Assembly (NCBI GenBank): GCA_016870275.1
Contig: VGBZ01000005.1
Span: 50,552-114,551 of the forward strand
DNA: 64,000 bases
Source of the DNA: Actinomycetota bacterium
GTDB taxonomy: Bacteria; Actinomycetota; Acidimicrobiia; Acidimicrobiales; Microtrichaceae
Direction: 5' to 3'
Shown: piece after piece, positions 36,877-46,444 of the stretch
Layout: each line of letters starts with the position of its first letter
How positions within the stretch are numbered: the first letter of the stretch is position 1
Notes under the pieces: generated by a model
Seen by the model: only the letters and a program-made list of their open reading frames with translations
The model's database searches: none
What the model was told of the DNA's origin: nothing
Translations under genes and position numbers: made by a program

Positions 36877-39800
36877 TCAGGAACCGGGAGCAGCGAGCGC
36901 CCGGTCGATCAGCATCGACTGCTCCTGCTGGTGGATTGCATGGGATCCGGTGGCGGGGCTCGCTTCATCGGCCCGGCTGACCCGCCGAACCTCGTAGTGG
37001 TCTTCGTAGGGCCCGTACAACTCGCCCTTGATCTGATTCCACGGGCCCATGTTCTCCGGCTCTTCCTGCAGCCACACCAACTCGGTGCAGTTGGGAAAGC
37101 GACGCAACTCGCGAGCGACAGCGTCGGTCGGCCACGGGTAGAGCTGTTCGATGCGGGCGACGGCGACGGGCACACCGACCTCGTTGCGACGGCTTTCGAC
37201 CTCGACACCGACCTTTCCGGAGGCGAGGATCAGTCGCCGCACTGCAGCTGGGTCAAGCGATGAGGAATCCGGCAGGAGTTCGTCGAAGCTCCCACTCGTG
37301 AGGTGAGCGAGTGGTGATCGCCATCGCTTGTCGCGCAACCCGGACTTCGGGGTGATGCAGACGAGCGGCTTGCGCACGTCGCGGAGCATCTGTCGACGGA
37401 GCAGATGGAAGTACTGCGCTGCAGATGTGGGTGCGCATACCTGGATGTTGTCCTCTGCGCAGAGCGTGAGGAACCGCTCAATGCGAGCCGAGGAGTGTTC
37501 CGGTCCTTGGCCTTCGAACCCGTGGGGCAACAACATGACCAAGCCGGACTCCTGGTCCCACTTGTCGGCGGCTGCGACGATGAACTGGTCGATGATGATC
37601 TGGGCGCCGTTGGAGAAGTCGCCGAACTGTGCCTCCCACATCACGAGCGTGTCGGGGCTGACGACGGAGTACCCGTACTCGAACCCCAGTGCTGCGTACT
37701 CGCTGAGGAGCGAGTCGTAGATCCACAACTCGGTGCGCGGTGGATCGGCGAGAGCCGACAGCGGCAGGTACTCGGCTCCGGTCACGTAGTCGAACAACAT
37801 CGAGTGACGTTGGGAGAAGGTGCCTCGTCGCGAGTCCTGCCCGGCGAGGCGCACCGAGGTCCCTTCGAGCAGGAGGCTCCCGAACGCCAGTGCTTCGCCG
37901 AGAGCCCAATCCACCTCTCCGCTCCTGTAGAGATCTGCTCGGGCCTCGAACTGCTTGGCGAGCTTCGGGTGGACGGCGAAACCGGCGGGCACCTCGTTGA
38001 GCGTCGTGAACACCCGGTCGAGTTCGTCACGTCCGACTCCAGTCGGCACGTGGGGGAGGACGCCGCGGTTCGGTGGGTGCGGTGCGGCGATGGCGCCCGG
38101 GCCGGGAGCGCTGGAACGCGTCTCCTCGAGTGCCCGCTGCATCCGCTGCTGGAAGTCGCCGATTGCGGATTCGGCCTCCTCGACGGTGATGTCGCTACGG
38201 CGGACGAGCGACTCGACGTACAGCGCACGGACGCTGGGGAGCTGTTCGATCGTCCGGTACATGATCGGCTGGGTGTAGCTCGGATCGTCACCTTCGTTGT
38301 GACCGTGCCGCCGATAGCAGACCATGTCGATCACGACGTCCTTGTGGAAGCGCTGCCGATACGCAAACGCCAGTCGGGCCACCCGCACACAGGCCTCGGG
38401 ATCGTCTCCGTTCACGTGGAAGATGGGGGCCTGCACGGCCTTGGCGATGTCGGTCGGGTACTCCGAGGAGCGCGCTGATTCCGGTGGTGTGGTGAAGCCG
38501 AGTTGGTTGTTCACCACGACGTGGATCGTGCCGCCGACCCGGTAGCCCTTGATGAGAGCGAGGTTGAGTGTCTCGGCGACCACTCCCTGGCCGGCGAAGG
38601 CGGCATCGCCGTGCATGAGGACGGGGAGCACCGGGAACCGGCGTGAACGGTCGTGGGGGATCTGATCCATACGCGCCCGGGCCATGCCCTCCACGACCGG
38701 GTCTACGGCTTCGAGGTGTGAAGGGTTGGCGGCGAGGGACACCGGGATCTCGTTCCCGTTTCGGCTGCTGAACGTGCCGGTCGCTCCGAGGTGGTACTTG
38801 ACGTCACCCGAGCCCTGGATCGAGTCGGGGTCGACGTAACCCTCGAACTCGCGGAACAACTCGCCGTAGGACTTGCCGACGATGTTGGCGAGGACGTTCA
38901 GGCGGCCTCGGTGTGGCATGCCGAGCACGACCGAGTCGAGGCTGTTGTCAGCGGCGTCCTCGATGATGGCATCGAGGATCGGGATGAGCGACTCCGCCCC
39001 TTCGATGCCGAACCGCTTCTGGCCGAGATACTTGGTGGCGAGGAACTTCTCGAGTGCCTCGGCGGCGTTGAGGTTGGCGAGGATGTGCTGTTGATCCTCT
39101 GGTGCGGTGCGACTGTCGACTCCTTCGACCTCTTCCTGGATCCACCGTTTCTCCTCGGGGTCCTGGATGTGCATGTACTCGATACCAACGGTGCGGCAGT
39201 AGGCGTCGCGCAGCAGGTGGAGCAGGTCACCGAGTTTCTGGTGGATGACCCCGCCGACCGGGGCGTAGATGCCCACCTCGCTGCCGGTGAGGAACTCGCG
39301 GTCGAGGTCCCAGATGGTCAGGCCGTACGTCGCCGGGTCGAGTTCGGCGTGCATCTCCGGCACGCTGGCAGCGAGCGGGTCGAGGTTGGCGATGAGGTGG
39401 CCCCGGACCCGGTACATGTTGATCAGCGTCGAGACTTGCATCTGCTTCGCTGCATGGGTGTGTTCGCCGTCGTCGTGTCCGGGATCGTGGTGGTCCTGAC
39501 GCCAACGGACGGCTTCGTAGGGAACGCCGAGGTCACGGAAGATGGCGTCGTAGAAGCCGTGGTCGCCGAGGAGCATCTCCTGGACGATCTTGAGAAACGT
39601 CCCCGACTCCGCTCCCTGGATGATCCGGTGGTCGTAGGTCGACGACAGCGTGATGACCTTGGACAGGCCGAGCCCGGCGATCGTGTGAGGGTCGGCACCG
39701 GCGAAGGCCGTTGGGTAGGCGAGCGAGCCGACCCCGATGATCGCCCCCTGGCTCGGCATGAGACGCGGCACCGATCGTTCGGTACCGATCGTACCCGGGT

Positions 39801-40632
39801 TGGTGAGCGTCACCGTGGCGCCACGGAAGTCGTCGACGCCGAGGCGGTTGGACTTGGCCTTGCGGACCAGGTCGTCGTAGGCGGATCTGAACGCCGAGAA
39901 GTCGAGGGTGTCGGCGTCGGGGATGACCGGGACGACGAGTGCCCGGGACCCGTCGGGCTTCTCGAGGTCGATGGCCAGACCGAGGCCCACGTGTGAGTGT
40001 CGGATGATCTCCGGAGCGCCTGACTCGCTGGTGGTGAATGAGCAGTTGAGGGCTGGAACGTGTTCGTGGAGTGCTCGCACGACGGCGTAGCCGATCAGGT
40101 GGGTGAAGCTCACCTTGGCGCCGATGGTCCGACCCAGGTGTCCGTTGATCACGGAGCGGTTGATCTCGAGCAGTTTGGCGGGCACCTCGCGGAACGATGT
40201 GGCCGTCGGGACCGAACGGCTCGCCTCCATGTTCTCGACGATCCGCTTGGCCAAGCCCCGCAGCGGTTCTGGTTGGTCGGCGGTCTCTGCGGTCTCGCTG
40301 CCAGCAGGATCGTTGCCCGGCCCCGGAGAGGGTTTCGAGGCTGGTGAGGGATCCGAGGCTGGCGCAGTGGGTGCGGTGGCACTGCTCCCGTCCGACGGCG
40401 GGACGTCGAGCGGAACGATCCGGGTGACCGCCGATCGGCCACCGTTGGTGGCCCCGTTGGACACCCGATCGGAGAAGAACGCCCGCCAGCGCTCGCTGAC
40501 GGAGTTGGGATCCCGGAGGAACGATTCGTGGAGTTCCTCGATGAGCCAGGCGTTCGGGCCGACTTCGTCGATGAGGTCGTCGGCCGCGTTGGAGTCGGCA
40601 CCGCCTGCGGCTCCGGTGTTCTGGTCGCTCAC
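36877..40632 (-). CDS. kgd: multifunctional 2-oxoglutarate metabolism enzyme (Kgd/OdhA-type: E2-like acyltransferase domain fused to the E1o TPP domain)
   Basis: 1251 aa. E2-type catalytic block SSTYDHRIIQGAESG in the N-terminal third. E1o blocks MGMPHRGRLNVL-like (LGMPHRGRLNVLAN) and HGDAAFAGQGVV. Confidence 0.95.
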   Translation of the reverse strand: MSDQNTGAAGGADSNAADDLIDEVGPNAWLIEELHESFLRDPNSVSERWRAFFSDRVSNGATNGGRSAVTRIVPLDVPPSDGSSATAPTAPASDPSPASKPSPGPGNDPAGSETAETADQPEPLRGLAKRIVENMEASRSVPTATSFREVPAKLLEINRSVINGHLGRTIGAKVSFTHLIGYAVVRALHEHVPALNCSFTTSESGAPEIIRHSHVGLGLAIDLEKPDGSRALVVPVIPDADTLDFSAFRSAYDDLVRKAKSNRLGVDDFRGATVTLTNPGTIGTERSVPRLMPSQGAIIGVGSLAYPTAFAGADPHTIAGLGLSKVITLSSTYDHRIIQGAESGTFLKIVQEMLLGDHGFYDAIFRDLGVPYEAVRWRQDHHDPGHDDGEHTHAAKQMQVSTLINMYRVRGHLIANLDPLAASVPEMHAELDPATYGLTIWDLDREFLTGSEVGIYAPVGGVIHQKLGDLLHLLRDAYCRTVGIEYMHIQDPEEKRWIQEEVEGVDSRTAPEDQQHILANLNAAEALEKFLATKYLGQKRFGIEGAESLIPILDAIIEDAADNSLDSVVLGMPHRGRLNVLANIVGKSYGELFREFEGYVDPDSIQGSGDVKYHLGATGTFSSRNGNEIPVSLAANPSHLEAVDPVVEGMARARMDQIPHDRSRRFPVLPVLMHGDAAFAGQGVVAETLNLALIKGYRVGGTIHVVVNNQLGFTTPPESARSSEYPTDIAKAVQAPIFHVNGDDPEACVRVARLAFAYRQRFHKDVVIDMVCYRRHGHNEGDDPSYTQPIMYRTIEQLPSVRALYVESLVRRSDITVEEAESAIGDFQQRMQRALEETRSSAPGPGAIAAPHPPNRGVLPHVPTGVGRDELDRVFTTLNEVPAGFAVHPKLAKQFEARADLYRSGEVDWALGEALAFGSLLLEGTSVRLAGQDSRRGTFSQRHSMLFDYVTGAEYLPLSALADPPRTELWIYDSLLSEYAALGFEYGYSVVSPDTLVMWEAQFGDFSNGAQIIIDQFIVAAADKWDQESGLVMLLPHGFEGQGPEHSSARIERFLTLCAEDNIQVCAPTSAAQYFHLLRRQMLRDVRKPLVCITPKSGLRDKRWRSPLAHLTSGSFDELLPDSSSLDPAAVRRLILASGKVGVEVESRRNEVGVPVAVARIEQLYPWPTDAVARELRRFPNCTELVWLQEEPENMGPWNQIKGELYGPYEDHYEVRRVSRADEASPATGSHAIHQQEQSMLIDRALAAPGS

Positions 40633-40710
40633 GGCGACAGCCTACCGGCGATGCTGGTGACCCCGGCCCACCGTCGGCCCGGGCGGTGTTCGTGACCTAG
40701 ATTCACCGAG

Positions 40711-41502
40711 GTGCTCCTGGCCACGTGGAACGTGAACTCCCTCAACGCCCGGATGCCACGGGTGGAGGAGTGGCTCGAAGCGGTGCAGCCCGACGTGCTG
40801 TGCCTCCAGGAGACCAAGTTGGCCGATGCTGCGTTCCCGGCGCTCGACTTCGAGCGTCTCGGTTACGAGTCGGTCCACCACGGGGAGGGCCGGTGGAACG
40901 GCGTGGCGATCCTCTCCCGGGTCGGGATCGTCGACGTCGTGTCGGGTTTCGACGACGGCCGTGAACCCGATCCGGACGCCCGGGCGATCTGGGCGACCTG
41001 CGGCGGAGTCAGGGTGGCGTCGCTCTACGTTCCCAACGGGCGGGAAGTCGACCACGACCACTACCGCTACAAGCTCGACTGGCTCGGAAGACTCCGGGCG
41101 CACCTCGACGCTCACCACCGCCCCGAGGAGTTCCTCGTGGTGATGGGCGACTGGAACGTGGCGCTTACCGACCTCGACGTCTGGAGTCCGCAGGCCTTCG
41201 AGGGGGGCACCCACGTCACGGCGGCAGAACGGGCAGCAGTGGCCGACGTCGTCGACTGGGGTCTCGTCGACACGATGCGCGAGCGCTACGGCGACGGCGG
41301 GATCTACACCTTCTGGGACTACCGCAATGGTGACTTCCACAAGCGTCGTGGGATCCGGATCGACTACCTCCTCTCGACGCGTCCGTTGGCCGATCTCGCC
41401 ACCGCCGATCTGGTGGACCGCAACGCCCGCAAGGGGGTTAAACCGTCGGACCACGCCCCGGTGTTGGCGTGGTTCGCCGTGGAGTCGGAGGTCACCCCGT
41501 GA
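40711..41502 (+). CDS. xthA: exodeoxyribonuclease III
   Basis: LLATWNVNSLNAR...CLQETK...GDWNV...RIDY...SDHAP are the EEP/ExoIII motifs. Confidence 0.9.
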   Translation: MLLATWNVNSLNARMPRVEEWLEAVQPDVLCLQETKLADAAFPALDFERLGYESVHHGEGRWNGVAILSRVGIVDVVSGFDDGREPDPDARAIWATCGGVRVASLYVPNGREVDHDHYRYKLDWLGRLRAHLDAHHRPEEFLVVMGDWNVALTDLDVWSPQAFEGGTHVTAAERAAVADVVDWGLVDTMRERYGDGGIYTFWDYRNGDFHKRRGIRIDYLLSTRPLADLATADLVDRNARKGVKPSDHAPVLAWFAVESEVTP

Positions 41503-42362
41503 CCTCCTCGGAGTCCGACAGCGACGTCCCGGCCGAGCCCACAGCGGTCGCCGAGCCCGCCGTGAGCGTGCGGATCGAGGGCCTGAGGGGCCTGCCGCAG
41601 ACCCACCGACGGGCCGAGCTCCGCAGGCTCGCCGGCGCAGCTCGGCGACTCATCGAACACCTGGTCTCGACGACGGCTTCCGACGATCAGCTGACCGTCG
41701 CTGCTGACCAACTCGATGATGTGGCGGCGCTCTTCGAGTCGCTCCCACGCGGTTCGACCTACCTTGGGTACTCCGAGGCGGCCAACGCCGGGGCTTCGAT
41801 ACGCGATCACCTGAACGAGCAACCCGAGCCTGCGCCGCCGGCGGAGATCGAGTTGCTCGAGGGCGAATCGATCGTCGATGCCCTCACCCGGGCCTCGCCT
41901 GAGTTCTTCGCCGGGTTCGATCACAGCCCGTTCATCGGCTTGGCCAACCCGCTGTCGCCGCCGATCGAGCTGAGCCAGGAGAGCGACCGGGTCCTCGGCC
42001 GGGTTCGCTTCGGTGCTGCGTACGAGGGACCGCCGGGATGCGTGCACGGCGGCTACGTCGCAGCAGCATTCGACGAGTTGCTCGGTGCTGCACAGTCCGT
42101 GGCCGGAACCGCCGGCATGACCGCACGGCTCGAGATCGACTACCGGCGACCGACTCCGTTGGGTCAGCCGCTCGTGCTCGAGGGTTGGCTCGAATCGATC
42201 GAGGAACGCAAGACCTGGGCTCGCGGGGTGCTCAGGGCCGATCAACCCGGCGGCGACCCTGAGGCGGTTCTCGCCGAGGCGCGGGCGCTGTTCATCAGCT
42301 TCGACGTGGAACGGTTCCGTGAACTACTCGATGCCCGCAATCTCAACGACGATCCCGCATAG
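41499..42362 (+). CDS. PaaI-family hot-dog thioesterase with an N-terminal extension
   Basis: GTG at 41499 overlaps the xthA stop (GTGA). GPPGCVHGGYVAAAFDELLGAA is the PaaI/4HBT-type motif. Confidence 0.6.
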   Translation: MTSSESDSDVPAEPTAVAEPAVSVRIEGLRGLPQTHRRAELRRLAGAARRLIEHLVSTTASDDQLTVAADQLDDVAALFESLPRGSTYLGYSEAANAGASIRDHLNEQPEPAPPAEIELLEGESIVDALTRASPEFFAGFDHSPFIGLANPLSPPIELSQESDRVLGRVRFGAAYEGPPGCVHGGYVAAAFDELLGAAQSVAGTAGMTARLEIDYRRPTPLGQPLVLEGWLESIEERKTWARGVLRADQPGGDPEAVLAEARALFISFDVERFRELLDARNLNDDPA

Positions 42363-42368
42363 GGGCTG

Positions 42369-44561
42369 TCACGATCGCCCTGAGGGGGAGCGGGTCACGA
42401 TGCGGAGCACTTCGTCGCCGAACCGATCGGCCTTCACGGGTCCGATTCCCGGGACATCGAGCAGCGCTGCCCGGTTGGTTGGACGTCGCCGTGCGACCTC
42501 CCGCAGGACGGCATCGTTGAAGATGACGAACGCTGGAACGTCGGCGCCCCGAGCTTGTTCGAGTCGCCAGGCCCTGAGGGCGTCGAACGTCTCCTGTTCT
42601 CCGGCGTCGAGTGCCTCATCGCCGGTCGCTACCGGTCGCGGCCGAACGAGTCGGCGGGCCGCTCCAGCGCGCTGTGAGCCCTGTTGGCGGTCGACGTTGT
42701 TGCCGACCGACCCGATGATGGTGGTGATGGACTCGATCCACGGTGAGGGGTTCCGACGCGAGGAGCGTGAGCCGAAGGATCGCCGTTGCGCCCAGTGGCA
42801 GTGGAGTTGGTCGCGTGCCCGGGTGAGCGCCACGTAGAGCAGGCGCCGTTCCTCATCGAGGGCGCTGACGTCGTCGCCGGCGTGGTGAATCGGCACGAGG
42901 CCCGATTCGAGTCCGGCGATGTGTACCGACGACCACTCGAGGCCCTTGGCGGCGTGGAAGCTGACCACATCGACCCGGTCACCCCCGGAGGCATCCTCGT
43001 TGCGGAGCGTGGACGTGAGCCAGGCGAGGAACCCCGGGATGTCGGCTGCGGGTTCGAGGGCTCGGTACTCCCGGCCGAGGCGGACCAACTCGGCCACGTT
43101 CGCAGCCCGTTCGTCGAACCCGTTCGTCGGGACGGAGCTCGATGCTCGATCAGAGGTCGGGTCGTCGGGTCGGGAGGTGTCGATGTCGCCGAGGGTCTCC
43201 GTCTGCGGCATCCCTGATCGTCGGGCCACCTCGGCGTCGAGGTCGCCGATCGCTGCGTCGAGCGAGGGCGAACGTCGCACGGCATCGAGGGCGGACCTGA
43301 CCTCGGGTTGTTCGAGCAGGCTTCCCGCTCCACGGACCTGATGGGGAATGCCTGCGGCGACGAGCGCCTCGGCGATGGCGGTGGTCTGGGCGTTGGTCCG
43401 GACGAGCACCGCCTGCTGGGACCAGGTGACGCCGGGGCGGTGGCCGTCGCGGAGCGCTCTGGCGACCGCATGCGCCTCTGCGGTCTCGTCGTCGTGCGCA
43501 GAGACGGTTGGCATCGGTCCCGGAGGGCGGTGTGGCACGAGCGGCGCCAGTGGAGTTGCGCCGGTGGCGAGGACGGCATTGGCTGCAGTGAGGATCTGCG
43601 GAGTCGACCGGTAGTTGTCTGTGAGCGTGACCGACTCGGCCCCGGGGAAGTAGCGGTCGAAGTGATCGAGGTACTCCGCATCGGCGCCGTTCCAGGCGTA
43701 GATGGCCTGGTTGGGGTCGCCGACGACGCAGAGGTCCGAGGCGGACCCCAACCACTGTCGCAACAACTCGAACTGCAGTGGATTGACGTCCTGGAACTCG
43801 TCGACGAAGAGGTGTCGGAATCGCCAACGTCGGGCGGCGGCGTACTCGGGGTCCGCAGCGAGATCCCGGGCGGCAAGGCGGATGAGGTCGTCGAAGTCGA
43901 CCACACGCCGCTGGCGCTTGCGGTCGATGTAGGCCTCCCAGATGCCGACGATCTCACCGGGATCGAGCGGCGGTCGACGACGGGACCGCTGTGCTGCCGC
44001 CGGGTAGTCCGTCGGTTGGAGAGCTCTGGCCGATGCCCACTCGATCTCGCCGAGGACGTCGAGTGCCAGCGTCGAGTTGCCCCCACGACGAGGCACCAGG
44101 CGGGCGAGGAAACCGAGCTTGCGGTCGAGGAGTTCCGGCGGGCGAACGCCCCGGTCCTGCCATCGCTGACGCAGCTGGGCGTAGGCAATTGCATGGAACG
44201 TGCCGGCGTGTACCGAGGCTCCCGGCAGGAGACGTCGGAGACGCTCCCGGAGTTCGCCGGCGGCCTTGCGGGTGAACGTGACGGCGAGGGTCCGTTCGGG
44301 GACGAGGCTCATCGAGGCGCTGCGATAGGCGATCCGGTGGGTGAGGACCCGGGTCTTTCCCGATCCGGCACCGGCGATCACCCGCAGGTGTTGGGAGGTG
44401 TTGGTCACCGCACGGCGCTGTTGGCCGTTGAGGCCGCTCAGGAGCCGGGCGGTCGACTCTGCCGGCCCTGTCGACTCTGTCGATCCTGTCGATCCTGTCG
44501 GCTCGTCGGACTGCACGGACCGGAACGTACCAGCGGCGTGTGACGTACCCGTCGGGGTCAT
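42369..44561 (-). CDS. uvrD2: ATP-dependent DNA helicase UvrD2 (UvrD/PcrA family with a C-terminal HRDC domain)
   Basis: LNGQQRRAV...VIAGAGSGKTRVLTHRIAY (motif I), VDEFQDVNPLQ, and C-terminal HRDC (FDALRAWRLEQARGADVPAFVIFNDAVLREVA). The ATG at 44561 was chosen; the upstream part of the ORF would overlap the divergent gene. Confidence 0.85.
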   Translation of the reverse strand: MTPTGTSHAAGTFRSVQSDEPTGSTGSTESTGPAESTARLLSGLNGQQRRAVTNTSQHLRVIAGAGSGKTRVLTHRIAYRSASMSLVPERTLAVTFTRKAAGELRERLRRLLPGASVHAGTFHAIAYAQLRQRWQDRGVRPPELLDRKLGFLARLVPRRGGNSTLALDVLGEIEWASARALQPTDYPAAAQRSRRRPPLDPGEIVGIWEAYIDRKRQRRVVDFDDLIRLAARDLAADPEYAAARRWRFRHLFVDEFQDVNPLQFELLRQWLGSASDLCVVGDPNQAIYAWNGADAEYLDHFDRYFPGAESVTLTDNYRSTPQILTAANAVLATGATPLAPLVPHRPPGPMPTVSAHDDETAEAHAVARALRDGHRPGVTWSQQAVLVRTNAQTTAIAEALVAAGIPHQVRGAGSLLEQPEVRSALDAVRRSPSLDAAIGDLDAEVARRSGMPQTETLGDIDTSRPDDPTSDRASSSVPTNGFDERAANVAELVRLGREYRALEPAADIPGFLAWLTSTLRNEDASGGDRVDVVSFHAAKGLEWSSVHIAGLESGLVPIHHAGDDVSALDEERRLLYVALTRARDQLHCHWAQRRSFGSRSSRRNPSPWIESITTIIGSVGNNVDRQQGSQRAGAARRLVRPRPVATGDEALDAGEQETFDALRAWRLEQARGADVPAFVIFNDAVLREVARRRPTNRAALLDVPGIGPVKADRFGDEVLRIVTRSPSGRS

Positions 44562-44585
44562 CACCGGAGCGGTTAGGGTTGAGCC

Positions 44586-45368
44586 GTGGGGTACGACACC
44601 AGCCTCCTCTACGGCGACGAAAAACTCGTGATCGACACGCACCCGTCATGGGTGATGATGATCCGCTCCGTCATCTACGTCCTCGGCGCCACCGCCATCG
44701 GGGTCTTCCTCATCTCCTGGGGAGGCGATGGGATCTTCGGGACCCTCACCAGCTGGGTGGGTGTGGTCCTGATCGTGCTGGCACTGGGCCATCTCGCCCA
44801 CCACCTGGCCAAGTGGTACTCCACCAACTTCGTCGTCACCACGGAGCGCTGCATCTATCGAGAGGGCATCATCTCCAAGAAGGGCGTGGAGATCCCGCTC
44901 GACCGGATCAACACGATCTTCTTCCACCAGCGTCTCCTCGAGCGCCTGTTCGGTTGCGGGACGCTCCACATCGAGTCGGCGGGCGAGCTGGGTATCCAGC
45001 GGTTCAAGGACGTCCGCGATCCGCTCGGCGTCCAGAACACGATCTACCAGGCCATGGAGGACAACCAGAATCGGCACTACCAGCGAATGGGAACCTCCGC
45101 GGCCCAGGCGGTGGCACCCTCGGCCACGCCGCCGGCCCCGGCGCTGTCGGTGGCCGACGAACTCGCCAAGTTGGCAGCACTGCACGAGTCTGGTCACCTC
45201 ACCGACGCCGAGTTCGCTGCGCAGAAGGCGCTCCTGCTCCAGACTCCTGACAGCACGATCGACATGGGCGCGATCGGCACGGGCGCGATCGGCACGGGCG
45301 CGATCGACACGGGCGCGATCGACACGGGCGCGATCGACACAGGTGGCCCGCCCGCTGGGCAGGCCTGA
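44586..45368 (+). CDS. membrane bPH (YdbS/YdbT-like PH) domain + SHOCT domain protein with a Gly/Ala/Ile/Thr repeat tail
   Basis: LLYGDEKLVIDTHPSW, then two TM helices, then ...IYREGIISKKGVEIPLDRINTIFF (bPH_2-like). LAKLAALHESGHLTDAEFAAQKALLL is SHOCT-like. The C-terminus is (GAIGT/GAIDT)x5. Confidence 0.7.
   Translation: MGYDTSLLYGDEKLVIDTHPSWVMMIRSVIYVLGATAIGVFLISWGGDGIFGTLTSWVGVVLIVLALGHLAHHLAKWYSTNFVVTTERCIYREGIISKKGVEIPLDRINTIFFHQRLLERLFGCGTLHIESAGELGIQRFKDVRDPLGVQNTIYQAMEDNQNRHYQRMGTSAAQAVAPSATPPAPALSVADELAKLAALHESGHLTDAEFAAQKALLLQTPDSTIDMGAIGTGAIGTGAIDTGAIDTGAIDTGGPPAGQA
45266..45340 (+). repeat. 15-bp x5 in-frame tandem repeat
   Basis: gggcgcgatcggcac x2 followed by gggcgcgatcgacac x3, encoding GAIGT GAIGT GAIDT GAIDT GAIDT. 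Confidence 0.95.
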
Positions 45369-45409
45369 CCGGGCAGGCCCGAGGTTCTCGGGTCTGGCGC
45401 ACGGCCATC

Positions 45410-46444
45410 TCAGCGCAGGTGGGCACCCGGGCTGGGCTGCACCCGTCGGCCGCCGGCCCCGGCGTCGCTGAGGTCGACGTCCGGCTCGGTGAGCGCCACC
45501 ACCGACCCACCGAAACCGGCGCCGGTCAGCCGTGCGCCGAACACACCGGGTCGCGCCTCGAGCGTGGTGACGAGCTCGTCGAGAACCAGGGTGGACACCT
45601 CTGCGTCGTCGCGCAACGACCGGTGCGAAGCGCTGATCAGCGGACCGAGTTGGGCGATCTCCTCGTTGGCGAGCGCCTCGGCAAACGCCTCGACCCGATC
45701 GCATTCGCTGCGCACGTGCCGGGCGCGCCGGCGGAGCACATCGTCGTCGAGTTCGGCGATCCGATCGAGTGATGCGGTTCGGATTGGTCCGAGGAGTGAA
45801 GCGGCCGTCTCGGCCTGGCGTCGACGCTCGGCGTAGGGAGAGGTGCTCAGTTGACGGGTCTGGCCCGACTCGACGATCCAGACGGCAACGCCCTCGGGCA
45901 CGGCGACGGCCCGGTGCGTCTCGGTGGCGCAGTCGATCAGGAGGGCATGGCCCTCGACCCCGGCAGCGATGCAGAGCTGGTCCATGATCCCGCAGGGCAC
46001 TCCGGTGGCGAGCTCCTCGGCCTGACGGCAGGCCCGAGCCAGCGTTGCTGCGTCCCCCGTCGCTCCGAGGGCGAGGGCGAGGGCGAGTCCGATCGCCGCC
46101 GACGACGAGAGTCCGCTGCCGGGCGGAACCGTCGAGCTCACCGCTCCGGTGAACCCGGTGGACGTTCCGATCACCGCCGCCACCCCAGCGACGTGGCGCG
46201 CCCAGTCCGGATGGGCGGTCCGCGGATCGCTGAGGGGCACATCGAAACGGGCCACGCCGTCGAACTGATCCGAGGTGAGCTCGACGGTTCGCCCGCCGCG
46301 CCGTCCCCGGACCTCGGTGGCGAGGTCGATCGCCATGGGCAGGACGAGTCCGCCGACGTAGTCGGTGTGGTCCCCGATCAGCACCACCCGTCCGGGAGCG
46401 ACGGCGCAGACCTCGTCTCCGTCTGCGGCGCCAGTTGTGCTCAC
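45410..46444 (-). CDS. galK: galactokinase
   Basis: APGRVVLIGDHTDY (galactokinase signature) and the GHMP motif PPGSGLSSSAA. The GTG at 46444 forms a GTGA overlap with the galT stop. Confidence 0.85.
   Translation of the reverse strand: MSTTGAADGDEVCAVAPGRVVLIGDHTDYVGGLVLPMAIDLATEVRGRRGGRTVELTSDQFDGVARFDVPLSDPRTAHPDWARHVAGVAAVIGTSTGFTGAVSSTVPPGSGLSSSAAIGLALALALGATGDAATLARACRQAEELATGVPCGIMDQLCIAAGVEGHALLIDCATETHRAVAVPEGVAVWIVESGQTRQLSTSPYAERRRQAETAASLLGPIRTASLDRIAELDDDVLRRRARHVRSECDRVEAFAEALANEEIAQLGPLISASHRSLRDDAEVSTLVLDELVTTLEARPGVFGARLTGAGFGGSVVALTEPDVDLSDAGAGGRRVQPSPGAHLR

Noticed and set aside
44440-44520. Short repeats (ctgtcgatc/ctgtcgact) near the 5' end of uvrD2 encoding GSTGSTESTGPAEST.
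   Set aside because: This is a low-complexity in-frame linker at a non-conserved N-terminus. It is too degenerate to call a defined repeat element.
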